Source: Tubiluchus corallicola
Lineage: Eukaryota; Animalia; Priapulida
DNA length: 64,000 bases
Direction of reading: 5' to 3'
Assembly: GCA_030141605.1 (NCBI GenBank)
Contig: JAQGDQ010000325.1
Span: 1 to 64,000 of the forward strand
The position numbers and the translations under genes are program-made. Within the stretch, counting starts at the first letter, position 1. The number at the start of each line of letters is the position of its first letter. Of this stretch, positions 39,468 to 51,945 are shown piece by piece. Under the pieces are notes generated by a model. It worked only from the letters and a program-made list of their open reading frames with translations, had not been told where the DNA came from and did not search any database.

Positions 39468-39535
39468 AAACTAATAAACAATTTTTCTTTATCTTTACTC
39501 TTTGAAACCATCTGTTTAACCTTTAGCTAAAAGAG

Positions 39536-40510
39536 ATGAGACCCATTGCTTTACTCTTGGCCTTTCTGCACTTGTGCAGCGTTCTGTACCCGCAGAGCCG
39601 AGACCAAAACTACGTGCGCATAAAACGAGCAAAAGTATCAGGGATGAGTGCCTATGAGCTAAGCAATACCACCAACCCAGCAGCAGCCTCAACCACCATT
39701 ATCTACACCGATGGAGCCGACCGCCCCCTACAAACCAACCACCTGAACGCCTCCATCTACCAAAACGACCACATAGAATTTCATAAATACGACATAGCAG
39801 GCAGACAACCCTTTAGCTATATGCCAATGCAACTCAACATCAAAGGCGACTACCTACACAACTGGGAAAACATACTAAACCAAGCCCACACAGACATACC
39901 CAGCGCACAAAGCATATTCAACCCACGCGGTCAAGTAATAGAACAAGGTGGCTTTGGACAGAAATACCAAATAGGCACAAACCACACTACCAAAATTGAA
40001 CGCTACGCCAACACCGACATCTTCCTACACAAAGAATATGACGCATTCACCGAAAAATACGAAGACAAAAAATACCCCCCCGGCTACATAAGCATAGTCA
40101 GTACCACCGACCCTCAAGGCATACAACACACCACATACACCTCATACAAAGGTCAACTATTCAAAAGAGAAAGCCAGATAAACAAAGAAACCCTAACCAC
40201 ACTCTACTACTACGACTTTCACTATGGCAACCTTACCGCCATACTCCCCCCACTATCCAAAGGAGATATCAACAATCACCATTACGTCTATCAATTCATC
40301 CACGACAAAAAAGGACGCCTTACCCGAAAACACATACCACAAGCAGGCATCATAGACCTTAGCTACGACCACTTAGACAGACTGATAGAAGAAGAAGACA
40401 CAGAAGGCAACACCTCCTACATAGATTACGACCGCTACAGCCGCGTAATAGCCACAGGCATAAAAAAAGACGGGAAAAAGATACCCCTATCAGAAACCCC
40501 ACTTGTATAA
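39536..40510 (+). CDS. RHS/YD-repeat protein with DUF6443-type N-terminus, truncated at the genome junction
   Basis: Signal peptide, QNYV...[38 protein letters not shown] and YDRYSRV repeats; ends abruptly with no RHS core. Confidence 0.85.
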   Translation: MRPIALLLAFLHLCSVLYPQSRDQNYVRIKRAKVSGMSAYELSNTTNPAAASTTIIYTDGADRPLQTNHLNASIYQNDHIEFHKYDIAGRQPFSYMPMQLNIKGDYLHNWENILNQAHTDIPSAQSIFNPRGQVIEQGGFGQKYQIGTNHTTKIERYANTDIFLHKEYDAFTEKYEDKKYPPGYISIVSTTDPQGIQHTTYTSYKGQLFKRESQINKETLTTLYYYDFHYGNLTAILPPLSKGDINNHHYVYQFIHDKKGRLTRKHIPQAGIIDLSYDHLDRLIEEEDTEGNTSYIDYDRYSRVIATGIKKDGKKIPLSETPLV

Positions 40511-40602
40511 TCAAAGTTTCGTATAAATTTATGATTAATGTGTTTCTATCAAGTCTATCTGCGCACGCAAACACGCGTGCACACATAGAATCGCCATGAT
40601 AA

Positions 40603-40780
40603 TACACACACTTACACACACACACGCACGCACGCGCACGCACGCAGGCACATAGACACACATACACACACACACGTACACACACACACATGCACGCATG
40701 CACACACACACACACACACACACACATGCACACACACACACGCACACACACACACACACAAATATGTATATATATATATT
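40603..40780. repeat. (CA)n/(CGCA)n/(TA)n compound microsatellite
   Basis: Directly visible; first clearly eukaryote-type sequence after the junction. Confidence 0.95.
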
Positions 40781-40960
40781 CCAGTATTCCAACATCTGCC
40801 TTTATTACTCCCAAACGAATTTTGTTAGTTGTTCAGCTACCGTAATTTTTACTAGATCTCCATTGTTGATGACATTGTAGAATAAAAAAGGACGATCAAA
40901 CATGCAATGTCACAGTTGGTATCCCATTTTTTCCTGTTAATAACAATATGTTTTACAATA

Positions 40961-42148
40961 TTACTTTTGGTCAATTATATTCTCGGCAGTTAGAGGTGGT
41001 ACCATGAAGATGCGATCTTTTACGGGAACGCCAACGGATCGCGTTCTTTCTTTCAGGACATTATCCGCCAGCGACACGGATCTTGAAACTGCCGACTGGA
41101 AAGCACTCTGGAAGCCATTGACGTCTTGAGCTTCCCACCATCTGCGCGTGTTGTACATTCCCGGAGCAACCGCTAGGCGATCCTTCTGGACCAGAGGATC
41201 CGTGTGCCGCTGACTCCTTGGCGCGGAGGACTGGAATGGCGGCCACTTCTTGGCAAAGGAGACATGCTTTTTTGGTATAACGGGAAAATAGTCTGCCGGA
41301 CCGGCTTCGTATGGTATGCGAGCAGGATGAAGGGTCAGACTTGCATCCACCGGGAAAAATCCTCCTTTTTGCATCTTGCCGTACTGCCTTTTAGGCTTGC
41401 TCAGAACCCGATCAACAAAACTCTTCGTCTCGTAGAATGTGGGACCTGTGCTCTGTTTCACCGTCTGTGCCATGTAGCCGTATGTAATGGGCTTGCTTCT
41501 CTTTCCTGTGAAAAGATCGTATGGACCTCGTTCGGTCACCGCTTTCTCGGACAATTCTTCGAGGAAAGTCTTTTTTCCGTACGTTGTCGGACATTGGTAC
41601 ATTGTCGCTAGTGGAAGCGCCCTGCTTGCCTTGGAATGGGTTGACAAGATGCCACGTTCGGATACCGGCTTGGCGGCTTTTTCCTCCATGAATGTATGTG
41701 GTATTCCCCCTTTTCCGTAAGTTCCCGGTCCAGGAGTGGTACTTTTGACGTAGTTTCTGAACCTTCTGTCCTGGTTATGCATGACTCCGTTACTTATCTG
41801 GTTCCGGCGGTTTGACAGTTGAATAAAGTCCTTGATATTGTAAGTTGTCGGGCCCAGAAGTCTTCTCCTATTTTCCTCTTTCTTTCTTTCTTTTTTGTAA
41901 AAAACTCGTGGAATTCGTGAGAATTCCTTCATCTCCAGTTCCCGAGTCCATCCCGGCCCGTCGCTTTTCTTTGCAAGATTTCGAGGATGAAAGTCTCCAA
42001 CAATAGGGTTATGTGAACCAGGCCCTAAGTCCTGATTGACGACTATAGTTCGACTGGTGGGCATTTTGAACTGAGGGTGCATCGTCCAAGCACCAAATCT
42101 GGTGCTTGTAATCCGAAATGGTGCACCTGGAAAACCTTTTGTGGCCAT
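40961..42148 (-). CDS. CIMAP2: CIMAP2/LEXM (C1orf177)-like ciliary microtubule-associated protein with PGP repeats, uninterrupted ORF
   Basis: Motifs in the same order as I recall for vertebrate LEXM/CIMAP2: GAPF...RF, LGPGS, GW, LGP.TYNIKDF, PGPGTYG.GG.P, RGPYDLFTG.RSKP..YG, KSFV, PPF. Confidence 0.8.
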   Translation of the reverse strand: MATKGFPGAPFRITSTRFGAWTMHPQFKMPTSRTIVVNQDLGPGSHNPIVGDFHPRNLAKKSDGPGWTRELEMKEFSRIPRVFYKKERKKEENRRRLLGPTTYNIKDFIQLSNRRNQISNGVMHNQDRRFRNYVKSTTPGPGTYGKGGIPHTFMEEKAAKPVSERGILSTHSKASRALPLATMYQCPTTYGKKTFLEELSEKAVTERGPYDLFTGKRSKPITYGYMAQTVKQSTGPTFYETKSFVDRVLSKPKRQYGKMQKGGFFPVDASLTLHPARIPYEAGPADYFPVIPKKHVSFAKKWPPFQSSAPRSQRHTDPLVQKDRLAVAPGMYNTRRWWEAQDVNGFQSAFQSAVSRSVSLADNVLKERTRSVGVPVKDRIFMVPPLTAENIIDQK

Positions 42149-42240
42149 TATCTATCAGCAGGTAAATTGCACGTATTTATAATTTACTCCATTTTGATCT
42201 ACAATTATTTCTCTTCTCTCAGAAGCATTTTTCTGTTTCT

Positions 42241-42304
42241 ATTGCCATAGCAACTGCCTCAAACTGCGATAAGGTGTTTCTCTTGTATGTGTTGCCATAG
42301 TAAC
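42241..42304. promoter_or_regulatory. Two RFX X-box motifs upstream of the CIMAP2-like gene
   Basis: ATTGCCATAGCAAC (42241-42254) and GTTGCCATAGTAAC (42291-42304) fit GTNRCCnnRGYAAC (the first with one mismatch), about 90-155 bp upstream of the ATG. Confidence 0.75.
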
Positions 42305-42356
42305 TATTTCTTGCGTCTGTTGCGTGAGTTGCCGTAATTATTGTTTCTAACTAGGA

Positions 42357-42364
42357 TGACGTCA
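42357..42364. promoter_or_regulatory. CRE palindrome TGACGTCA
   Basis: Perfect CRE just beyond the X-boxes. Confidence 0.4.
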
Positions 42365-42638
42365 TACAGTCAAATGAACAACTGACTGTCATTTTACACT
42401 GGGATAATCTCTCTAGGAGTGTGCATTATTATGGTACAACCAACCAAAGCGCAGCACAATAGTGTGTGATAAATATATAGATATTTTGTCTACTAAACTT
42501 ATTTAATAAGCTCCCTATGTACATTGTACTTCCTGTAATTATCTTCCGTTTAAATCAACTTTCAAAGTCAAAAATATACCACCATCGTTTGAGACACCAC
42601 AATTTTAAATAAAGTTTATAGATCGAAGTAGCTTAATA

Positions 42639-42944
<306 letters not shown>

Positions 42945-43077
42945 TAGACAGATTGTTATTATTTTTATATTATAACTCTTTTATTAGCCTCTTTTTGCAG
43001 GTATACAATGAATCATTTCAATCTAATACATCCAAAGGAAATACAATTATACATTATGACATTATACAGGTAACAAG

Positions 43078-43488
<411 letters not shown>

Positions 43489-44062
43489 CTCAAGAAGTTT
43501 TTAAATTGTCGCCCATAGCTTAGTTTGTGGCCTAGAACAGTGCAAAACTTACACTAACTGTTTCTAATGTCTATCTTTACTCTTGCATTATCTAATGACG
43601 TACTTTTTAAATGCAAATTTAATCAAGTTTGTTACTTCTCCCGTTACTCTTGCTTCTCCACCCATCACCGCTGAACATTTCAGCTTTCCAATTTTCACAA
43701 CAGAAAGAGTTAAAATAAATAAGCTCCTCTTTTGAAGCAAAATACGGAAAACCAAACGGGGAAGTCAATTGGCGCGCTAATCCGCTAATGACATTTCCGC
43801 AAACAATGGCAAAATGGCGTGTGAAAAAAGGCAGAATTTGAAAAAGTGTTGCTTTCATTGTGAAAAAGCGCAATAATCATTTCTTTACTTTGATAATTAT
43901 TTCTGTTAATGGGGCATGTAAGCAGTGTGAAAAAGTGAAATTATCAACATTAAGTGGTTATTGCAATATTTACACAGACATTACGTTAGCATATATTGCA
44001 GTGCACCAGCTTTTGTGGGTTTTATAGTTTATACATTCATATGTCCTGGGTTGTTCTGTTTT

Positions 44063-44125
44063 GGGTGACTGAATGGTCTAGATTTCGCACTGCAACAACA
44101 TAGTTTTGAGTTCGAGTCTAGTGGA
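44063..44125 (+). mobile_element. Possible degenerate tRNA-derived SINE head
   Basis: A-box-like TGACTGAATGG and B-box-like GTTCGAGTC with tRNA-like spacing, but no intact cloverleaf. Confidence 0.3.
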
Positions 44126-44264
44126 TGCAAGCGTCAGGATACATACCTTACGAGTTATTCGTTATTTGTGTGTTACGACCTTACCTGTATTGCTAGCTCA
44201 CACATAAGTTGTCATAGGATTGCATCAAACAGTTAATTAAAGGAAGACAGGAGGATTTTTCCTA

Positions 44265-44510
44265 TACTACCCTATTTTTAAGTTTGATAAAAAGTATACG
44301 TTCTAACACAATTATTGCTGCAAAAGCGTTTCTGATAATTAAACAATAGATTAAAAACTTAATTAACATCGGGCGAGCCCAATTATTGATGACATCACAA
44401 ACTAACATAATTTTCAAAAGCAAAAATATTTCGAGAGCCTGTTGCGCGTGTTTGCAAAAGCGAAAATTGAAGTACAGTGCTACTGTAAGATGTTCAGTGT
44501 ATTGTGCTAA
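44265..44510 (+). repeat. Interspersed repeat family copy (also at ~46270-46420 and, partly, inverted near 59450-59540)
   Basis: Shared blocks AAAAAGTATAC, AATAGATTnAAAACTTAATT and TTGAAGTACAGTGCTACTGTAAGAT; boundaries approximate. Confidence 0.65.
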
Positions 44511-45666
44511 AACTAGATGTATTATAATAAAATAAAATAAATAAATAATGTGTTCTTTGGTGAGCCACTGATGCACACTGGGATGGCGATGCAAAACTGT
44601 TTCACCATTTGGCGCGAATGATCAAGAATTTTCCTCTCCAATTACCCAAGTCTTTCAAGCAGGTACATGTATTGGTAAAAAGTATATTACATCATTTATT
44701 ATATGAATGTACATTAGTAAACCAAGCCAAAAGAAATGATTTTATTAGCACTCTGCCTACGTTCGGACTATGTTTTCTCTAGCCGAGATAATAATGCTAT
44801 AAATGCTTTTGCAAATCTTATCTCGGATGAATTCCTACCGTTTTTCGCCCGTATATAAATAGTCTGCTGGTGATGAAATTTTACAACTCTCGTCGTGTTT
44901 TCTATATGCTGTTTTGTTTTTATTTATGATTATGTGAATTTTTCATTAGAATTGGCAATTATGTTTATTATAATTGTACTCGCTGTTTTTCATTGTGTAT
45001 ATGCGTGTAGATTTTGTTACTAAGTATTAAAATATGTTCGTTATTGTTTATTATGTATGTATGTAGTGTTGGATTATAATTTGTAACTATGTCTATTGTA
45101 TATGATCATTGTCGTTCAAACTGTCTCATGCGTTGTATTCTAAATTATATATATATATGTGAATAGGTTTAATACGTTGTAAATGCTTTTAGAAATTTTA
45201 AACATATCGCTACAAATAGAGGGAATGCATTATGTACATAGTTGTTAAAAATAAAGAATTATAATAATAAAAAAGCAGTATAACTTTGTTTGACAACATC
45301 TTTGGGATATACTTTAAAATTCCTGTTTCTTCTCCTTTAACGTAAGATTAAAACCAGCACAGATCATGCTACGTGCAATAATAAAGACCTTTTCTCCCCA
45401 ATTTTTAGCGTGCCGGTAATAATTACAACACAGAGGCAAAAGTTTTGCACTTTTAACACCAAAATGCGCTCAGTGAAAACCCAAACAAAGACCTCATTGT
45501 CTGATATTAAACAGAGTCTCAAGAAAGAGCGATGATGGATGCTCCGAACGTCAGATGCCCTCCTTAATCCGACGTTTACACGTCAGTTCTGTGATTGTTT
45601 TCCAAAACGATAAGGCGCAGAGGTTAGCGTTACTGGGACACGTACTCCAGGGGGTGGCGTGAGTGT

Positions 45667-45847
45667 GTGGGGAGGGGCAGGGCAGGGTTAAGACTTCAAG
45701 AGCCCCTAAGCACTGAAAAGATTATGGTACCGCCACACGTGTGTAATTCAGAATAAAAGCAATACTAAACCGTAAAATGAAATTTTATCTTTCGTTGATA
45801 AAAACTTGCAGTAAGATTTGTTTAAAGCAAAACCGGATCCAATCTTA
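45667..45847 (+). repeat. Interspersed repeat, direct copy of 58909-59089
   Basis: GGGGAGGGGCAGGGCAGGGTTAAGACTTCAAGAGCCCCTAAGCACTGAAAAGATTATGGTACCGC...AAAACCGGATCCAATCTTA occurs in both places. Confidence 0.9.
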
Positions 45848-46052
45848 CTGCCGTGATGTTACTGTCGAACGTTGGTACTTAAAACTCTAATTAAGATTAT
45901 TTACAGTAACTTCTAACATACACAATCTTTAATGGCATCTACATACGCCTTACATACCACTTTATTCCTTTTGAGATAAATCTCGCATAAGTTGCCTGTA
46001 GGTAGAACATATTTTAGGTTGTCTCTAAATTGCGAAGCTACCAGATTACGTG

Positions 46053-46192
<140 letters not shown>

Positions 46193-46521
46193 CTGTGTAG
46201 GCCTACCTTCTCATGAGGTCCTAAGCATGTGCTTATTTTGCTTAAAGGAAGAGGGGATGATTTTCCATACACTACCCCATTTTCAAGTCCAATAAAAAGT
46301 ATACATTTTAACAATAGATTGAAAACTTAATTGACATCACAATATTCCACGAGCGTGTTGCACGTGTTTGCGAAAGCGAAAGTTGAAGTACAGTGCTACT
46401 GTAAGATATTCAGTGTGTTGAAATAAAATTGGGCAAGTTTTAAAATAAAAATTCAAATTTTAAATTTAACGCTGCACTCACACATGAGTTGTCGAACGCG
46501 TGCAGTTCGCCACAAACTAAC

Positions 46522-46692
46522 ACATCTGAACTAAGAGGTACAGCACCTGTTTTATGTGCAACGCACCTCCGAAATGCAGCGGCTAGTGCCAGTCTAACTA
46601 GCGAAATGCATGTAACAGCGAAGAACTAGTGGTGCAAACGTGAAATTGTGTTTGTGTGGTAATAATTCTTCCACGTAAGTCATTTTTAGAAA
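46522..46692 (+). repeat. Interspersed repeat, inverted copy at ~59143-59321
   Basis: GAGGTACAGCACCTGTTTT...CAGCGAAGAACTAGTGG...GTGTGGTAATAATTCTT.CACGTAAGTCATTTT occurs as a reverse complement at 59.1-59.3 kb. Confidence 0.8.
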
Positions 46693-47564
46693 AGTAGTAC
46701 GTCTGCTTTAAATATTTTATAGAGTAGATTATTTTGACCTACAGTTTTGGGTCCGGTTTTGTTTTATTGGTTAATTCATTTAATGGGTAATTATTCGATT
46801 TGAAAAAAGTGCCCCATGAAGCCCTAAGAACTTGCTTATTTTGCTTAATGGTTAATCCATTGCTAAGGAGGGGGTAAAAGCTGGCGCAAACTTCATATTC
46901 ACTCAATAACACGTGCACACACACGCACACACGCACACACGTATATTAATACTGTTGCAACGTAAAGTGGAGAAGACGAATCTTATGCAATGAGTCTTGG
47001 GAAGGGTCATTTTTCCTTGGCCACGCCGCAAAAACATGATTGTTTTATAGCGAAAACACGAAGCTGTGGAAATCATGAACTGGTTCTTATGCCTTTATTA
47101 ATTTTTTGACATGCGCAGTACGTTTGGGTAGGTACATTTATAATACACTATTATAAATAGTAGGCGGAGTGATACATGCAATGACACTGGAACTAAGACG
47201 TTATGATTCCATAAATAAGCAGGGAAGACGTCTTTGGAGGTCAGCAAGCTATATTAAAGGTGATAATAATTATGGGTGGTATTCACTTCCGGATATAACA
47301 TGCAGTCTAGCTTAATTTGAGCATAATTTATGAGCAAATACAATTGAGCGATCAGTATTTATAGTTCTAATAAGTTATAATACTGCATATTAAAATTGTA
47401 AATTTGACAAGCAGACCTACGTTACAGACGGTAAGAAATTTAGTTCTACCAGAAACACGCAAAAATGTGAAATTTGAAAATAGAATTATGCAATTCACGT
47501 ATCTGAAGTGCAAATGGAACGTTTAAAATTTGATCAGTACAAACAGAAGTATCAAAACTATCTA

Positions 47565-48267
47565 AAGGCGCGTTCAGACTAGCGAGTTTTTTCGCCCAGT
47601 AAACTCGACGTAGCTCACCAAGTAACTCGCAAGCGTGTTCCGTCAAAACAGCATCAACTGTCGGAGTAAAAACTTGCACAGTTTGCAAAAATTTGCTGGC
47701 GGTAACTCGCAAAGCAGTTCACACTTCTGAGTTTGCTGTCAAAGAGAACACTCACTAGTCTGAACCAGTGATGGCTCACATGTATGTACTGTGGCACTGC
47801 AGCACCCCCTATTTTCAATCATCGATAATATTGGATATAATAAGTCTTTTTTCTTTAGTTCCTTCTTTATACTTGTACGGAACCAGAGCACGTGAGGGTG
47901 ATACTGTTTACTTCACAGCCCAGCACAGTGCGCTCACAGGTCCAGCCGCGTGGTAGAAAAAGTACTGTCACTCACACAGTTCGTTGTCAGTTGTCACGTG
48001 CTTAACGTGAATGAATCAAGCTTGAACTACGACAATTTAGGCTATCAGTAAGCAAAAAAAAATAAATAATTTTTTTTGTTTAGGATTTTATCAAGTTTAT
48101 GTATACACTTTCGTATGTTTGTTTGTTTAATTTTACAATTACAACATTAAAATTACATAATTATGTTTGTCTCGTTTTACACAGTATTAGAACAATGGCT
48201 ATAAATTTTCTGAAGCAGCACCCCAGCTAATGTTAGCTACGAGCCGCCACTAGTCTGAACGGACCTT
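47565..48267. mobile_element. MITE (possibly PIF/Harbinger-type) whose right TIR is interrupted by a hAT MITE
   Basis: Left AAGGCGCGTTCAGACTAGCGAGT versus right (reverse complement, insert removed) AAGGTCCGTTCAGACTAGTGAGT; TA flanks. Confidence 0.6.
47766..48252. mobile_element. Non-autonomous hAT-type element
   Basis: Ends CAGTGATGGCTC / GAGCCGCCACTA with an 8 bp target duplication GTCTGAAC (47758-47765 and 48253-48260). Confidence 0.75.
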
Positions 48268-49974
48268 TAGTGTTTTCTCTCTTCTTCTTAGTTATTCCTC
48301 TTTTTCTTCATTCCTGTACGACGTGTGAATAATGAAGGCTGCTAAAATTTGTAACAAAATTCTCGTTCTCTGAACTTGAAATTTGCTTCATCATCATTCG
48401 CTCTTTAAAAACAACAAAAAGAAAATATTCCACTCACAAACTGCCTCCTAAGCAGTTCTGCCCTGCAGCAATGTCCAAAAGGACGCCAGCCTCTTGACAC
48501 TGACCAGCAGCTGTGCAGACCACTGGCCCACAGCGAGCGCTAGTCAAAACATTCTTGACCTGTTCCTTAGTGAATACCTGAGCCGGCCATTATTTTGCGC
48601 CACAATCGTCGGGCTTTTCCGCCAAGGTTTGATCATAATTGGACGACCTTGAACAGACAATGTGCATAAAATGAATGCATTCAAAAGCTTAACCCCTCCG
48701 GCTGCTGGGTGTGAAAATGAAACACATAATAACAGTTGAGAAAGTTGCTAAAAACGTTGACAGGCTGACGGAGTGTAACGGATTTTATTATTGCGGTTAT
48801 TTGGCGTCTTCGTGCGGAATTGGAACGTCGCGAATGTTTAAACATGTGAAAACAACTTCCTACTTAGGCTGAAGTACCGACTGAAGGCCATCCGAAGGCC
48901 CACTCTTCCGCTTGTAGACGAATGTAGGCCCCAATAAGCCCATATTTCTACTAGCATTGGACTGAAGTCTGCAGTAGGGAGGTATTTTTACTAGTATAGA
49001 ACTGGAAATCAAAGAAAGCCCATAGTTCCGCACTTACATCCTGCCTGAAATCCAAAACAGGTCTTAATTTCCACAAGCAGAGGATCGAAGGATAGAGTAG
49101 GCCTATATTAGGACTACTAGAGGACTGATGGGCACGATAGGCCTCCATTTCTGCAAGCAGAGGCTTATAGGCCAGAGCAGGCCTATATTTCCGTTAGCTG
49201 AGGACTGAAGATCATAGTACGACTATATTTGCGCTAACTGAGGGCTGAAGGACAGTTTTATTACTAAATTCTTCTAACATTTCTCGCGAACATTGAAATA
49301 AGTATAACTGCTTAAAAGGCTTGACTTTTCCTTTAATAAAAGTATCCGTTCATTCTAGTCTTTGACCCGACGCCACTGGCTGAGCTCATATAAATTTGAA
49401 TGACTAATCCCGAATTTAGTTAATTTTACGCTTAATCAGTTCGTTGACTTGTGTAAAGTCCTTGTAACGTCATGCTACAAATAATTATCTATGGTCAGAC
49501 GACCACAGATATGCATTAATTCCTAACAATGTTTTGTCTACTGTGCGGGCCGCATAGCAAACTGATTACTCAAGGCTGAAAGGGCGATTAATAGCGTTGG
49601 TGTTTTTTCTTAAAGGGTTTTGATTTCTTGATAACAATTTGAATAAATCTTGGTTAAAACTCAGTTTCAAACTGCGCGATGGTTTCTTGTTTCAGATGAC
49701 AACGCGCATGTTACGCCTCGTCAAAATTTTATCTTTATTGTATTCAGACATTTACTTAGAACAAAAAAATAAGGCACAAGTAAAAACACGGAGTAGTTTA
49801 CAGAAACATATTAAACTTATATATATAATAATCTTTATTTGCTATAAAAATCGATATTCATAACTATAAAAGCATAAAAGAACATCGCAGCATGAGAATA
49901 AAGTTCACACAACTGCTAAAGGCAAATGCGTCCAGTGCAAACTAAAATTTAAAACAAAATATACATTATAATTT

Positions 49975-50126
49975 TAATAGACTATATACAATATATACAT
50001 ATAATTTAAAATGGACGTGGGTATATAAAATTTGTGGATGAATATATATTATCGTTTATTCATCCACAAATTTTATTTGCCCACGTCCATTTTAAATTAT
50101 ATGTATATATTGTATATAGTCTATTA
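49975..50126. repeat. Near-perfect 152 bp palindrome (70 bp arms, 12 nt loop)
   Basis: TAATAGACTATATACAATATATAC...TGTGGATGAATA / TATTCATCCACA...GTATATATTGTATATAGTCTATTA; two mismatches seen. Confidence 0.9.
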
Positions 50127-50380
50127 TAATTTCCGTATATATAATTTCGTCAGAAGACGAACTTTCACTCAATGTTGAAAATTTTATTCTAAAGATGTGA
50201 TGTAGCAGCATTTAGTTATTTTATTTTAGACATTTACAGTCCATAGAACAATAAAAATAAGGCACAAGTATAAAAAAACACGGAGTCAGTTTACAGAAAC
50301 ATAGTCAGCTTATATACAAGAAAGGGTTAGTTAGAATTGGTAAATAAAATTCTTTGCCACGACTTAAAAATATTTGATTT

Positions 50381-50835
50381 AAAAATTGTATCAGTATTGT
50401 ACAGCAAGTTATTGTGACTCAAAAGCGGCCTACTTCCGAGACTAAACACAGCTTTCCTACGTACGCATGAAAAACTTGGTACATCGTTTTTAAAATTGTA
50501 TCAGTATTGTACAGCAAGTTATTGTGAGTCAAAAACAGCCTACTTCTGAGAATAAACACAGCTTTCCTACGTATACATCAAAAACTTGGTACAGTGTAGC
50601 TAAAAATTGTATCAGTATTGTACAGCAAGTTATTAATGACAGTATTCTGACCCAAAACAGCCTACTACTGAGACTAAACACAGCTTTCCTAAGTCTGCAT
50701 GAAAAACTTGATACATTGTATTTAAAAACTGTATCAGTATTGTACAGCAAGTTATTGTGACTCAAAAACAGCCTAGTTCCGAGACTGAACACAGCTTTCC
50801 TACGTACGCAGGAAAACCTTGGAACATTGTAGCTA
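50381..50835 (+). repeat. Tandem repeat, about 110-120 bp unit, 4 copies
   Basis: TGTATCAGTATTGTACAGCAAGTTATT...ACACAGCTTTCCTA recurs four times. Confidence 0.9.
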
Positions 50836-51858
50836 ACATACATTTGACTTGCTCTACAGCGTCTAGGAAAATTAAAGAGTCCTCTAATAGCAATACTAGA
50901 TAGTAATAGATAATACGCATTTTATCAATATTTCCTTTATCATGATTAAACATGAGACTATTGCAATAAAACTGTCTACAAAATGCTACAAAAAAGTCTT
51001 CTCTTAACATCAGCAGAACAGTTTGAACCTCGTAATAATACAATTGACTCCACACATAATAAACCACGTTGATGTTTAAAATCAAGATCATCGTGTAATG
51101 TGTTGGTCAAAATGTGACCCAAATATAATGGGATCTTCTAGCTGAGTCACCAGCACGCGTTATTATTGGTTGTTGATTGGGAGAATGACGACCACCACCG
51201 ACGAAGATTAATACCAGCTGAATATCGTCAAACTTGAATGACATTCAAATTTCACTGTCATTCTCAGCGTCCGCGCGACCCATCAACACTGACAAAATTG
51301 GGGGTGACATTCTTTTGAATGACAGTCTGGTTAAGCACGCTAATTTTTTTGTAAAAGCTTTTTTATACTTTTGACGAAGATTAACAGTGCGCTACTTTTT
51401 CTTCAAGACGAATGACGTCATTGGAAGAAGAATGGGCATTGAAAATAGGAACGCCCAAACATGAAGTGATCGTGACTCTAAGGTGATTTTATTAGTTACA
51501 CGAGGCGCTTATGGCAGTTTTATTACTAAATCCTTCTAACATCTTCGCGAACGTTGAAATAAGCGTCACTTCCCAGAAAGCTTGACGTTTCCTTTAAACT
51601 GACAGTTGAACCTTTGCAGCATTCATAAGTAAATGTAACCCTTTTCTTCAAAAGAAACAAGCGCGGATTGAATTCCATGTTACCTTGAGCGTAAGCTTTA
51701 AAATAAAATCTTCAAAACTTCTTTTTTCACAAAAGGAAAACCAGAACTTTCAACAGCAGTAAGTTTTTTTACTGGCGCTCGTAAAATATCTCCAGACAAT
51801 TACAATTTGTTCAGGTTAAAAAAGGAATTCTTCAATTCAAAGTGTTTTTGTTTTTAAA

Positions 51859-51945
51859 ACCCGGTGCGCCTTATTTGCCAGGATGTGAATTTAATCAAAC
51901 TTCAAAGGTCTTCGGAGGAAGTCTATTTCAAAAGACGCACCGGGT
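51859..51945. repeat. Small inverted-repeat element (MITE-like)
   Basis: ACCCGGTGCGCCTT ... AAGACGCACCGGGT, 13/14 inverted match. Confidence 0.5.

Noticed and set aside
39536-40510. A/C-rich RHS gene as a diversity-generating retroelement template or target
   Set aside because: There is no reverse transcriptase and no second near-identical copy differing at adenines in the window.
40359-40880. ORFs rich in VC or HT dipeptides (also 43062..43493, 45913..46314, 53847..54359, 58052..58440)
   Set aside because: They are translations of (CA)n, (GA)n and (TAAG)n microsatellites.
44063-44125. Functional tRNA gene
   Set aside because: A and B box-like motifs are present but the stems do not pair; kept only as a low-confidence SINE remnant.
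50381-50835. Four-copy repeat as a CRISPR or coding repeat
   Set aside because: The whole ~110 bp unit is repeated, including the would-be spacers, and the overlapping ORFs have no protein-like signal.
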